Translations under genes and position numbers: made by a program
Source of the DNA: Lytechinus pictus
Lineage: Eukaryota
Assembly (NCBI RefSeq): GCF_037042905.1
Contig: NC_087249.1
Span: 42,098,001 to 42,162,000 of the forward strand
Reading direction: 5' to 3'
DNA: 64,000 nt
Shown here: in pieces, positions 25,391-38,138 of the stretch
Layout: each line of letters opens with the position of its first letter
How positions within the stretch are numbered: position 1 is the first letter of the stretch
The notes under the pieces: model-generated
Databases searched by the model: none
The model's input: the letters and a program-made list of their open reading frames with translations, nothing else
Told to the model about the DNA's origin: nothing

Positions 25391-27864
25391 AATAACTTGC
25401 AGGGGTGGTCTAAGGACAGTTCACATAGAATCTAAAGTGAAATCATATTTGGTACTGTAGCCTACATATAAGGTTTCTTGTCTTAACTTTGGATTAACTG
25501 ATAAGCGCTTTGACCTTCCCAAACAAAGGTAGGTGCAGTAAAAGGGACTTAACTGCTATCGTTTGATTTTATTTGCCAATGCTTTTACATGCATGAACTG
25601 CAAATGGGATTAGTGTATATTACATGGGACAACTTAGAAGAAGAAAGGTGGATTATGTACATGGTGTAGGTACAAAGGGTCACTTTCTTGTTCATCAGGT
25701 TTTGTAGATTGCTGATGATCCCTTGCTCCTTGATGGTTGTGAGGTTGACGATTGGACCATTGTCTGTGAGCATTGTTGGGCGCTGTCAACAGAGATTTGT
25801 AAGGACCGCTTCTCCTGATGGCAGGTCCCCCTTGTGCAGTTCAGGGGGTACATTCATTTTGGCCGGGCTCTACCCCTTCTTTTGAAAGGGATTGCTCTTT
25901 TATCAGAAGGGAGGGGAAAGATAGGCAGAGGGGGAGGTTGAGTGCGAGGGTTCGGGGACAGGCCAAATAGCCAGTGGCACCTGTGATGGGTCCTGTGAGG
26001 CGACATGTCAGAGTGGACACCTTTGTAGGGCTTCTGCGAGCTTTGAGGACTCACAACAGACACTATGGCGTCCCCCAGTGCCTTTCAAAGATTAGAGAGG
26101 TTGGGGTGAAGATCCATTTAACTGCATCACAATATCTGTCTGTCCATCTTCCATTCTGTGCCTTCATCAACATCCCCGTGGCATGCTTCTGTACTGTAAA
26201 CTGACAATAGAGTTCTATATTTTGAAACTATTTTTGTTCCGTTTCATACTTGTATTTACTCTGTCTATGGGATCGATCTTAAAGAATGAATCACCGCAAT
26301 CTAGAAGGCAAATTGCTCACCTCTTGAAGAAATGATTTGAATAAAAACTTGAAGATACTTTAAGTTTTTTTTTTACTTTACCCCTAGGGAGGGTAATGTT
26401 ACAAAGGTGTTTAAGCTATTCTTCTGGGGATGCCATGGCAAGTGATGATGTCAGTGTTGCCCTGGCAGCACTCAGCAAGATGGCTGAGAAAGGATGAGAA
26501 AATCGAGGGAGTGAAAGACAGAGAGAGAGAGAGAGAGATAGAGAAAGTGTTGAGGATGGAGTTGGAAAGGGGTTGGGAGGGTTAATACCTTTACCTTCAT
26601 GCAACAATCGTCCAGAGTGAAACAAGTGGACTAAATCTTGGCCAGGAAAACAATTCCCTGGTAACAATTCCCTGGTTTGACCAAAGAATGCTAATCTGTA
26701 TTAGTGTAGTCTTCCTATCTGAAGAATCGACAGTGTTTACCCAGTGCTTGGCTAACACCCAGTGGCCCAGGCCCTTTTTTTTCAAAGTTAACTTTCTCTT
26801 GTGCTGCACCACCCACCGTGGCGGTGCTTTTGTGACAGTGCCTGTGTGCCTCGATACTTTGTTCAAGTAATCAACTTTCAGACATCATAAAGTTTAGCGG
26901 GTTGACAAAGGACCAACTTAAAACTCATCCCCTCTTTGTTAGGGCACAGGTCTTGGGTGCTAATTAAGCTGGTTTGTTTCGCTGTTTAACATCGGTGGGG
27001 GGGTGAGCTTGAATGGGAGCTGCCAAGAAACCTTTCAGAGATTCGGTCACCTCGCTTGCTTCTCAGGGCTGGGGATGGACAGGGCATTTGAAGACCGTGC
27101 TCCGCCATACCCATCCCATTGTTTCGAAGAATGTGTGAAAATGTTTAAACAGTCTCTTGAAGGGGGCACTTCAATACTCCCATGTAGCTATCAGCTTTTG
27201 ATATTTATCATGAACAAACTATTACCGCTTGAGGCATTTTTGTTTTATTCCAGAATCACGTGGGGGGTATAAGATGCATCCCTCTCCTTTGGTCCATGCC
27301 GATTTGACTCATGGACCTGTAGAAATCGGGGTCGTAGACCCGGCGTTTCCTTTATCCCTCTATCCTTTTTTCACGCCAAACATCTGATTAGTTTTCCAAA
27401 CATTATTTGTGTATGTGCTAAAATCTGAACAATTATTTACTGTTGTCTCAAGGACGCTGAAGGTGTTGACTTCGTTTGTGATGAGACAAGATATACAGTG
27501 ATGATGTGTCATCACTTAATTTGATTTCACTATTTTATGTTGAGAGGGAAAAACTTGGTGCACGACCAACTCTTCTTCAGCAAATTTATAGCCGACCCTG
27601 TTCGCTCTGCATCAAAATCATGCTCTATTCCATGTTATCTTTCATGTGAAGGTGGTGTCGTTTTCTGCTGGTTTCCCCAGCAGCATGCACAAGTGGTCCA
27701 TTTGAACTACCTCATTGGTGTTGTGCTACAAGAAATAGCACACATATGAGCCATCTCTTGTCTAAAGGTCTTTGAAAGCAAGTTCACTGATCAATGTGCT
27801 TTGTGTCAAGGGTATCATTTGAATGATTGTTTTGTGCGGGTGGGTTCAGCTCGAGTAGGGGTCA

Positions 27865-28451
27865 TTAAGCACTTTTAGAAACGTACGTCGACATAGACGA
27901 CTGATACGAGATGACGTAATTTTTGGGCCTGCCATATGCCTCAGGTCCTCACAAATGTCCACTATCAGAATCGAGAACCTCGCCACATCAATTTTTTGGT
28001 TCTCCTAAATCATAGTCGACGTGCACGTGAGTGACGTCATTTCAACCGCTCAAGCTCAGCATGAAGATCAACCTTTCCCTTTCAAAACACAGTTTTCGGT
28101 GACTTTTCACAAAATTAATGTAAGTTTTCTGATCTCCAAACTATATATCGATATATATCCTAACTCGTGTAAAAAGAAATCAAAGCAAGTGAAAGGGCAA
28201 GTGTGCACAAGTTGCACCTTCGCATCACCCGACCGGGTCGCCAGGCGATGGTACGCCAGATCTTCCGGGTCGGGCAGCGTGTCATGACCCGCTGGTTATA
28301 GCGCTGTTTCACGTGGACGTACGTACACGTACAAGTCAAGTGATATCTAAAGTATTCGCATCTGTAGTGAACAAGGGCAGACGACAACGTTGACTCGAAC
28401 GATCAGACAACTGCTACGCCGTTCTCGTTCACTGCTCCTAAAAGTCTCTAA
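27865..28451. mobile_element. CpG-rich ~590-bp putative non-autonomous DNA transposon
   Basis: Imperfect inverted ends TTAAGCACTTTTAGAAAC / GCTCCTAAAAGTCTCTAA bracket a sharply CpG-rich block. Superfamily not assigned. Confidence 0.5.
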
Positions 28452-29484
28452 GAATGTTGCAAAAGAAAGTCCACAGAAGGAATTGCAATAGTTTATCTCA
28501 TGACCAAATGGCTATTGTGTTTTTACACCAATCTCGGCCTGGCGAGTACCTGCTTGTAAAATTGAATTTAAGAACAAAACATTTGATTTGGGTTATTTAA
28601 TTTTTTTGCAATGTTTTTTTTAATATAGTCCCAAAGACCCAGTAACATTAAGTTTAGAAATTTATGGCGGGGATGATTTTCATGATTGATGGCACTGATT
28701 ATTATGTGTGATCAATCGTAAAATAATAGCCCTGTAATCAGTCGCTAAGCTTAATGTTAAGTCGTTACAGGGCATAAATCTCTTTGGGCAATTTTCAGGG
28801 CTCGCTTGCTGCCAGATCCTCTTTTATGCCACATCTTACTGAAACTCCTCATTGTGAAGAGGGAACTGCGAAAGGGAAAGAACATGGCTTTTTGGAAAGT
28901 CCAGTGCAATTGACAGAAATAGAAGATGATTTGGTGGAACAGCTAGGAGAAGGCAACATTTGCTGTCCTGCAATGCTCCGGGCATCTGTCGTAGCTGGGC
29001 AGAGTCATTACACTTTTGTTTCCTGCCGAATCTGAGCCCATTTCCTGGGATCCGTCATCCCCTCTCCAAGTGCCGGACCGCTGATCCTCGCACATACGAG
29101 TCATTCATTTAGGGCCACTTGCTGAAAGTGTGAATGTATTCCTGTCCCTAGTCGGTTTTCATTGAGGTTTATCTTTCCTTATGAAGTCAGAGGAGGAGGA
29201 GGAGGGGTAGTGGGCAGGGAAGCAGGCAGGCTGGTGAATAGAGGGCTACGTCATCAGTCATCAGATATGTGTCGTAAAAAGCTTGTAAAACAGCCAAGAT
29301 AAGAGGAAATGAGAAAGGAAGGATTTCACAGGATGGTTTGTTCTAAGTAAAGATAAAACTAGGACAAATTTTGATATACATGTAGTTCGGGTCGATACTG
29401 TAGTTTTTTTTTTATTTTCACCTTTCCCCCCTCAATAGTTGGTTATTTAAAATTATTATTAAATGTAATAGCATTATTATACTA

Positions 29485-29517
<33 letters not shown>

Positions 29518-29910
29518 TACTATCATCATCATAATTATTGCTGTCATTGTTATCATTATCATTTTCAATTTCATGTCCTACATGTATACATGCTGTCAGT
29601 TTGACCAATTTACCATTTTATTTTCCCATGCTAAACTTGCCTTGGGATGCTATAAAGTAGACATTTAAAGCAAGATTTCTTTTTGCTTCTATGGCACAAC
29701 TTTATTTGACACTTCATACATCCCGTTTATGAATTCAATATAACTTTACATTGGGGAAAACACCTTGCTTGACACCGTATGGCACTCTCTTGAGCATACT
29801 TTTTTAATATAGCATGGAGATTTGTAGCAGAAAGTTCTCAAAATAATGAACTGCATTTTCTACCAGCATACAATGTCATTTTCAAAATGCTCATTTAAAA
29901 AAGAATTCTA

Positions 29911-30082
29911 CACTGTAAAAATGCTGTTTAAAATTTCAAGCATGTTGTTTAAGTCCGTCACTCTAAAAACTACTGTCTAATCTTTTTAAATAAGTTGTTT
30001 AAAAAGTATAAATAAATGCAAAAAAGTTTAAACAACGGGGTAGAGTGACAGGATTAAACAACATGCTATTTTTTTCACTGTG
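29911..30082 (+). mobile_element. CACTG...GTG MITE, TA-flanked (CACTA/EnSpm-like), family B copy 1
   Basis: TA|CACTGTAAAAATGCTGTTTAAAATT ... TTTTTCACTGTG|TA with internal inverted GTCACTCTA / TAGAGTGAC. A reverse-orientation copy lies at 43012-43212. Confidence 0.75.
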
Positions 30083-33000
30083 TAGAGGCACCTTTATGAG
30101 CCTCATGTGCAGTACTCTATTGAGTTTACACAACAATGTACTTTCATGGCAGCCTGTGCATTCGAGCTCTATAAGATATGATGACTTCATTTCTGAGATC
30201 ACTGTCATCTTGTGCAATGAGTCCAGACACATGCTTACCATACTTTCTTTTCAAGTTCATAGGATATCCTAAGAACAACGGGGAATTCCCCCAAATGCCT
30301 GTTCCGCATGTTGCTTGTTTTGCTCAATTGTTTTGTAAGGGGGTCATTGGTGTGCTCTTTTTCATCTTCAAAATTGATGTGTTCCGTTACAACCTTTAAA
30401 GATAGTTGTAAACTAGATTATTTTAAGGTTCATGTACATAATTATGTAAATCATATTTCTGGACGAAGTGGAATATTTTTTTAAATGAAAGGCTACATGT
30501 ATGTACATGTAGGTAGTATGACCTAGCACCCTCTGGCAATCGACACTTTGCCACTCTCTGCCCAGGGGTTAAATGGTTAACTGGTAGTATGTGAAAGTTG
30601 GATAGCCTGCCGTGGTCTTGTTGAAGACACCTCAGTTAACATGCCTGAGTGACAGTGCCATGAATCTAAAATTTTAAACATCCCTATTGCACGCGCATGT
30701 AACTGTGTTCGCTGCCTGTGGCAATATTATCACCAGTGACTTTGAAATTGTGCCATAAAGTTCTGCCCATCATAACTCAAATCAACCTTTCTGGAATCCT
30801 GTTCTGCTGTTTGCGGTTTGAGGTACTAATATTCAACAGACTTTACTTAAATGATATTGCAATTGCAATTAATAGTAATTACTCTATTCATTTTATTAAA
30901 ATAGGAACTTATCCACTGCTTCTAAAAGTTACCTTTAACAAAAATGGGTGACATGTGCGTATAAATATTTCAAACGATGGATTACTAGTATTTACTGTAT
31001 TTAGTATTATTGACATGCTTCTGTCAGCTGGGAACCTGTCTTAAAAGGTCCGGACTCCCTCCAACATTCCCCTTTTTTACCTGGGCTGCATGCCCTTCCG
31101 GCTAATGGCCCTGAACCCATCGCCCAAGTTCAAATCAGCAATCAACCAAAATGCGATGAGTCCTCAGGCAATCCATATGCCTGACCTAGGTAAACCCTAT
31201 CATCCTATTATCTTTGTATGTATATACGAGGAATCACACCTTCGGCTAGTTGATCCTCTAGGTGGAGTCCGGCGCTGGCTCACGCAGCACAATGAACAGA
31301 TGCACGGCCGGCCGTGCGTAATAGGAAATGACACAAAAGTAGACGCCTCTCTTGCCCAGATCCTCGTCGACTATCCATAGCTCGGCCAAATTAACTCCTT
31401 CCTTCCAATCCTGGAGGGAAACACTCAAGCAGCTGGTCACCCAGCCAGAAAATCCACTCCTAAAACATTAATAAAACAATAGCACTTATAGAATAATACT
31501 TAGTAATGCCCTTCGCGCCTTCTCTCTACCCCTCCTTCATGTGTTCTTTCGTTATTTTTCCCTCTCCTTGCCAAAGGAGTCTGGATGCTCCTCTGGTTGC
31601 TTCCTAGCATGATTTTGCATTTTGTTTCCTCCTTGGTTCAACAGTTCATGGTGTTTTCATTTGTGATTATATTTATAATGGAAAAGGATAATATCTTTCA
31701 TTTAATTTGAATTGCTTCTTTTATTTCTTTTCTTTTTCTTTTTCTTTTTACTTTTCAGGGCCTCTGTCTACCCCCCCCCCCCTTCACCCCCTTCAACCCC
31801 TCCTCCCTTCTTGAGTTTCTCTTCAAGTTATGTCTTATACCTTATTGGATCAGATGATTGAAAAGACTTTGTTTTGACTTATTTAAGATTAACTGATGGG
31901 ATATATGTCAGTCAATATGTCATTGGAAACAAAAACAAAAATGAATTAATATTTCAAAGAAATCTAAGCAAAATGTCAGAATTGAAATTTTCATTATTTT
32001 AAAGGCATATAGACAAAATGATGGATGTAAGAAATTGTCATTTGAAATGGAAATAATGAAGGTACATATATATAAATTTATATATATATATACTATTGTA
32101 TAAAAGACAGTGGCATCACATACAATAAAGTAATATTGCTAACATATTTAGGAAGGACAGTGAAGTCCACCCATTATAAAGCAATAATATGTACTGTGTA
32201 AAAAAAAACCATATAATGATAAATGGTGTCTTTTTCATCTTATACTTGCAGTTGAAAAAAATAGAACTTTAGAAGGTCCTCGTTCTTGATTATTTCAAAT
32301 TCAAATTAATTTGATTTAGTTTTCGAATTTAATTTACATTCTTGGTTCGTAAAACATGAATAAACATACAGGTGTACATAAGATACAGAAATAAAACTTT
32401 GTCACAAGACTCACAACATACAAAAAATATATTTATGAGAATGAGGGTCAAGAAAAAAGAGCAAATAGTGTTTATTTGACCCAACATAGTAATACATACA
32501 TAATAATTTTAATAAAAATATTACTGAATGTAATTCCTTTGCCTTGAAATGCTTCTATATTTACCGTAGTTGGATCTCATGTAGTGTATCACTCTCTTTT
32601 ACAAATTGTTTTCTTGGCTTCGTAATTGATACCATTCGTGGAATCGAAGCAAGGGACTTTGGTTTTCTTCGATTGTTTGGAGCATGAATCTGCATTTTGC
32701 GCTTTGCCTTGTTCAACTTTGCATGGTCATTATAGGTGGAATACTTGAGCAGGAAGTAATTAAGAGTTCTGCTTTATGTTAACTTTCTTTCTGCCAAGAG
32801 ATGAGATCTGGTCCACCTTGTCCTTGTTCTTGTTTTTCTTTGAAGATGCTTGTGTGCCCCCCCCCCCACCACTTCATCGTGAAAGTTTTTATTTAAGAAA
32901 GGTACAACTTGAATTTATCAGTTTCATCAAAATACATTTATAGTCTTCAGGTTAAACATCTGATTTGGTAAAAAAAAGTATAAGAGTCAACTTTTTATGC

Positions 33001-33289
33001 AGAAGTTTAAGATGCTTTTGTTTTGAAATAGGCCTACTCAATACTACTAGCATATTTTGATAAACTCGGGTGTAGAGACTTACATGAACCTCAAATTGTT
33101 TGTCCCCTTTTTCAGTTTCATCCAAACTAGATTGGATTATCTTTCTTATGGTATTGGATGTATCATCCGTCTTGAGCTGGAGGCATATGAAACTTCAAGA
33201 TCAGTGTTAATTTAATAATAATAATATGCAACTATATAGTGCTAAATACAGTTTTTTCTAAATGCTGCATAACCATTTCCCCAGCTCAA

Positions 33290-33440
33290 ACACGGCTACC
33301 CTGATAAGATGATCAAACATTCAGAGAATTCCTTCTTATTGGTTACTACACCTGGATGCATGGAGGGTGGCAAATATAGATAAACGCCTTGCCAAAGGAC
33401 ACAAGTTTCATAGTGGGATTGGAGTCAAACCCCAGAAATG
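33290..33440 (-). mobile_element. Degenerate SINE fragment (related to the 39602 family)
   Basis: Reverse complement reads GTGTCCTTTGGCAAGGCGTTTATCTATATTTGCCACCCTCCATGCATCCAGGTGTAG, matching the family core. Confidence 0.45.
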
Positions 33441-33599
33441 AGAGATGAAATTTAAACATGTATTTGATTTTTTGAAAAAACCCACGCTAATTCAGATTAT
33501 TTTGCAGGAGCTAATAATATCTTGAGATTGACTCTTAAAAATTGGAAGACAGGAAAAGAGAGAGTGAGGATGGGGGGTGGGGGTGGGGGTGGGAGGGGG

Positions 33600-33955
33600 G
33601 ATGGTGGAGAGAGAGGGGGGTAGGGGGAGAAGAGAGCAATAGGAGATCAAGACTAAGTAAGGGGAAAGGGGTGCAGAGGGAGAGAAGGGGGGGTAGGGGG
33701 AGAAGAGAGCAATATGAGATCAAGACCAAGTAAGGGGGAGGGGTGCAGAGGGAGAGAAGGGGGGGGGGGTAGGGGGAGAAGAGAGCAATAGGAGATCAAG
33801 ATCAAGTAAGGGGAAGGAGGTGGAGAGGGAGAGAAGGGGGGGGGGGTAGGGGGAGAAGAGAGCAATAGGAGATCAAGATCAAGTAAGGGGGAGGGGGTGG
33901 AGAGGGAGAGAAGGAGGGGGGGTGGGGGAGAAGAGAGCAATAGGAGATCAAGATC
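33600..33955 (+). repeat. G-rich minisatellite, about 4.5 copies of a ~75-bp unit
   Basis: Unit GAAGAGAGCAATAGGAGATCAAGATCAAGTAAGGGG...GGTG(C/G)AGAGGGAGAGAAG(G)nTAGGGGGA repeated in tandem with variable G-run length. Confidence 0.9.
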
Positions 33956-34190
33956 ACAGGAAACGTAGATAAAACAACTAAGACAAAGCCAATCAAATTT
34001 AGAAATGTATGTTTATGAATAAGGTAAACTGCTTAGAGAAATCTGTCATCGAGTGATGGGGTGGCTCGAGAAGGGGGATTACACTTTTGTGTAGGGGCCA
34101 AACTAGAAGAGATGAGCCACATGTATGATTCATGTATCCATCATGTTCACGCTATTTCGCCAGATACCATCGAAGAAATAGAAAAGCCCC

Positions 34191-34262
34191 TAATCCCAAT
34201 ATTCTTGTTTCATTGGGGGGGTCTAATAATCCCAATATTCTTGTTTCATTGGGGGATCTAAT
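34191..34262 (+). repeat. Tandem duplication of ~36 bp
   Basis: TAATCCCAATATTCTTGTTTCATTGGGGG..TCTAA occurs twice in tandem. Confidence 0.9.
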
Positions 34263-34916
34263 TAAAACAAAAAATAGTGCATTGTCATTGTCTTTATTTT
34301 ACTCTTTATGTCAGTGCAAAGTTGGATTATTGTCTGTCTACGTATAGATTGACAAAAAGCAGAAGCATTTTTTTAAGGGTTGAATTGAAATTTGAAAAAG
34401 TAATAATCTCACCCATAAAATGTATGATGACACCAGCATGGCAGCCTTCTGAATTCTTTCTTAAATTTTTAAAGAATAACATTTTGATGAGTGGATTCTT
34501 GTGATATTTCCATTTTTCCTTTTTTCACACAATTTTTTTTCCTTGAATGAATTATACAGCTCACTATATACAAGTGATTCCTATTGGCATATTAAACTCT
34601 GTTGAATGTATTCACTTTCCCTTTTTGAACATGCCTTTTGTACTGATCAAATAAAATTTCCAAGAATTAAAATATGAATGGGAAGAAGGGCAAGTTCTGT
34701 CTTCTGTGAGAAAGAACTATGATTTTGTTCTTTGTCGAGCCTTTTCAGAAGTATTTTTAGAAAATTCCAAGAATACAGCTTGTTTTATCGATGAATAATT
34801 TTCACTATAATGTCACATAAAGTTTAGGCTTGTGACAGGCGTGCATACCTTTACCAAACCCCTCCTTACAGCTATCTCTTTTTCCCACTCTCTCTCTCTC
34901 GATCCCCTCTCTCTAT

Positions 34917-35337
34917 GACACTGTTCTCATTAGAAACATAAAGACTAGTTTACTGGAAGCTGGTTCAGGAAAGCAGTTTGGAAGATCGTTTTGCTAGCGT
35001 TCCCATTTGATCACCCGAAACTGGGGTTCAAAACCACTTCATGGCTGCTTCACGTAAAGCGATCTTGTTGCTATGGGTACGCTCTCAGTTTGGCGCAAAA
35101 TTTGAAACCGCAGCGTAGGCATTCTCCACACCCGGTGCGAAGATCGCTTCTCGAAGAATGGTCGTGTCCTCACGTTAAAACCAGTTTCATGAGGCAAAGC
35201 GATCTTAAAAACTACATCGCAAGGTGGTTTTCTGAACTGGTTTGGAAGATTGCTTCCAAGACTGCTTCGACCCCTCTCATTACATGTTAAACTAGTTTCC
35301 AGTAAACTGGTTTTAGGACGGTAGTGAGAACAGTGTC
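34917..35337 (+). mobile_element. PIF/Harbinger-like MITE family C, copy 1
   Basis: TIR GACACTGTTCTCA / TGAGAACAGTGTC, subterminal CTAGTTTACTGGAA / TTCCAGTAAACT, reiterated AAGATCGC/GCGATCTT. Aligns with 40107 and 46243. Confidence 0.9.
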
Positions 35338-36215
35338 TTATCTTTTATTATCTGTCTCTCCTCTCGGTTTCTCTATCTTTTGTGTTCCTTTCCCTTATCT
35401 CATTATCTGTCTCTCTTATCTTTTATTATCTGTCTCTCCTCTCTGTTTCTCTATCTTTCTGTGTTCCTTTCTCTTATCATTCATTATCTGTCTCTTTTAT
35501 CTTTTATTATCTGTCTCTCCTCTCTGTTTCTCTATCTTTCTCTATCTTTCTGTCTTCCTTTCTCTTATCTCTCATTATCTGTCTCTCTTATCTTTTATTA
35601 TCTGTCTCTCCTCTGTTTCTCTATCTTTCTCTCTGCGTTCCTTTCTCTTATCTCTCATTATCTGTCTCTCTTATCTTTTATTATCTGTCTCTCCTCTGTT
35701 TCTCTATCTTTCTCTCTGTGTTCCTTTCTCTCATCTCTCATTATCTCTTTCTCTTATCTTTTATTATCTGTCTTTCCTCTCTGTTTCTCTATCTTTCTCT
35801 CTCTGTTTCTTTGATCTCTCATAATCTGTCTCTCCTCTCTGTTCCTCTATCTTTCTGTGTTCCTTTCTCTTATCTCTCATTATCTGTCTCTCTTATCTTT
35901 TATTATCTGTCTCCTCTGTTTCTCTATCTTTATCTCTCTGTTTCTTTGATCTCTCATCATCTGTCTCTCCTCTCTGTTTCTCTATCTTTGTATGTTTCTT
36001 TCATCTCTCATTATTTGTCTCTCCTGTGTTTTCTCTCTCCATTTCTTTCTCCCATCTCTCATCTGTCTCTCCTCTCTATTTCTATGTTTCTTTCATCTCT
36101 CATTATCGGTATCTTCTCTCTGTTTCTCTCTCTTCCTCTTTCTGATCCTTCTCTCATCTCTTATTATCTGTCTCCTCTCTCTTTCTCCATCTGTCTATCT
36201 TTTCTTTCCCTTTCT
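35338..36215 (+). repeat. Pyrimidine-rich (CT) degenerate minisatellite, ~75-bp higher-order unit
   Basis: Repeats of TCTCATTATCTGTCTCTCTTATCTTTTATTATCTGTCTCTCCTCTCTGTTTCTCTATCTTTCT...TTCCTTTCTCTTA, decaying rightwards and abutting the MITE end. Confidence 0.9.
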
Positions 36216-37519
36216 AGACTTTGCTGAAACTTTCCCAGAGGATTTCTCTAAAAATAGATGCACCTTTGTTTCAAAACGGTGCATCTATTTCGACTTTTGC
36301 AAGTCGCATACACCTCACCCCTCCAAATGGATAGAGTTGATCAGGGTCCTATTACACTGCATGAAAACAGAGAAGGACCTAGATCATTGACTTTGACATA
36401 GAATTTAACTGCAAGGTTAAGTTTGAGCCATATGTTTCCATCACTTCTTACCCGATGTCGCTGAAAGAGTTCTGCCAGTTGTCATCATTATTTCTGTTTA
36501 CCTTGAAAAGTAAACACACTTTGTGTGGGGATTAGAATTGTTTTGATTATGCTCAGATCACATGCCATGTATTGAAATCCTTTATTTTTAGAATACACAT
36601 TTTGTTTTGTCTTTTCTCAATGATGAAAATGTCATAATTGATTTGTTTTCAAATTTTGTGGTGATTATGTGAAAGATATTGAAGGACAATTGATAGCCCT
36701 TAATTGATTAGTCATCTTATTTCAACATTTTATAGGAACTGTTGTAAGATCTCTTTTAATACAGAAGGGCGAAAACTGATATATCTGACCAGGGGATATT
36801 TTTACTTTTTTCGGGGGGGGGGGGGGGGGCAGTTTACTCTGTTTTCAAACCAACGGTAAATGTATTTTATAGGCAGTTATTTCTCTTTTTTTTCAAGCCT
36901 GTTTTTTTTACATTTCACTGGTAACCCATTGTTAGCCCTGTGTATTTCTAGACTGCTGTATTGGTCTACAGCTTTTATTTTTATTATACATGTAGATCAT
37001 TGTTGATAAACAATGGAAATTAAAAATTTATGTCTCCTTTTTTGTAATCCATTTCAATCACATGCATCCATAAGATGTTCATGTATTTTAAAAATGCCTT
37101 TTTTACTTTTGCGACTGACAGATATACATGTACCTTACAAATCATTCAATTTTTACATCAGATCGCAATTACTTTTGAGAGAGTTTTGCTCAGAATTTTA
37201 GATCTGAAAAATCATTACCTTGGTTTACGAGACTGAAGATTTATGGATAATGTAATAATAAAGATAATTTACATAGTACTTACAACTACCAATTCACTTT
37301 AAAAAAATATGGTTGTCATTTGATAATAGACTTTCATTGGAGTGTCAATGCACAAGTGTACTTATTATTCTTAGCAGATTTTGGAAGATTATAGAGGATT
37401 TAGCAGTGTATAGTATTGATCACTGTAAGAAGGAAATAAGTTCAGAATTGTACAAATTCTGTTTGCCTTGTGTCACCCTCTTCTTACCTCATGACTCATT
37501 AACGAGTTATTTACTCCTG

Positions 37520-37691
37520 GTGGGTGTTTCATAAAGCTGTTCGTAAGTTAAGAGCGACTTTAAGAACGACTGGTGATCCTTTCTTGTGGTAAATGGTATT
37601 GAATTGGCGATTGTTTAGCGCGTATAAGGAGGGTTCACCAGTCGTTCTTAAAGTCACTCTTAACTTTAGAACAGCTTTATGAAACGCCCCC
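37520..37691. mobile_element. Hairpin MITE family D (Harbinger-like, CWG target), copy 1
   Basis: CTG|GTGGGTGTTTCATAAAGCTGTTC ... GAACAGCTTTATGAAACGCCCCC|CTG with long inverted arms. Second copy at 56356-56916. Confidence 0.85.
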
Positions 37692-37701
37692 CTGGTCGGG
37701 G

Positions 37702-38138
37702 GGGGGGTGTATCACACAGATTTAAGTATGACTTAAGGGGTGTTGCAAGAAAATATTTGCAATCAAATCGCAAATATTCTGTTGCAATTTTACAATTGAT
37801 TGATCAGTTTTAGCTATAGCAAATCAGATTAAACTCCTTGTTTCATGGAGCAGATTGGCAATCAATCGCAAATTTGCAATTAGTTGCACCGCACATGCTT
37901 GATTTTGGGAGCGAAAATAGACTTGCAATTCATCGCAAGTTTCTTGTAGTGCCCCATAAGAGTCGCACTTCAATGCCCAGTTGCGTGGGGTATAAAAGGC
38001 ATAACCGCATTGGTCAGATCATGCAAAGAGGACGCCCACTAATGCGTATTGATCAATTAGATTGCGTGTTGCGTTTCAGATACGCGTCGGCATTTAAGTG
38101 CAATTTAAGTCATACTTGAATCTTTGTGAAACACCCCC
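37702..38138. mobile_element. Hairpin MITE (GGGGGTGT.TCACA.AGATT termini) interrupted by a nested MITE
   Basis: Left arm GGGGGTGTATCACACAGATTTAAGTATGACTTAA and right arm TTAAGTCATACTTGAATCTTTGTGAAACACCCCC. The left arm resumes at ~37960 (GAGTCGCACTTCAATGCC). Confidence 0.8.
37737..37956. mobile_element. Nested MITE (GGGGTGTTGCAAGAAA termini, TAA-flanked)
   Basis: TAA|GGGGTGTTGCAAGAAA ... TTTCTTGTAGTGCCCCA|TAA with internal GCAATCAATCGCAA repeats. Confidence 0.75.

Noticed and set aside
33535-33996. Pro/Leu/Ser-rich and Gly/Arg-rich ORFs
   Set aside because: Products of the G-rich tandem repeat.
35324-36390. Long ORFs (up to 281 aa) rich in Leu/Ser/Phe
   Set aside because: Translation of a CT-rich minisatellite that is open in all three frames; no protein-like complexity.
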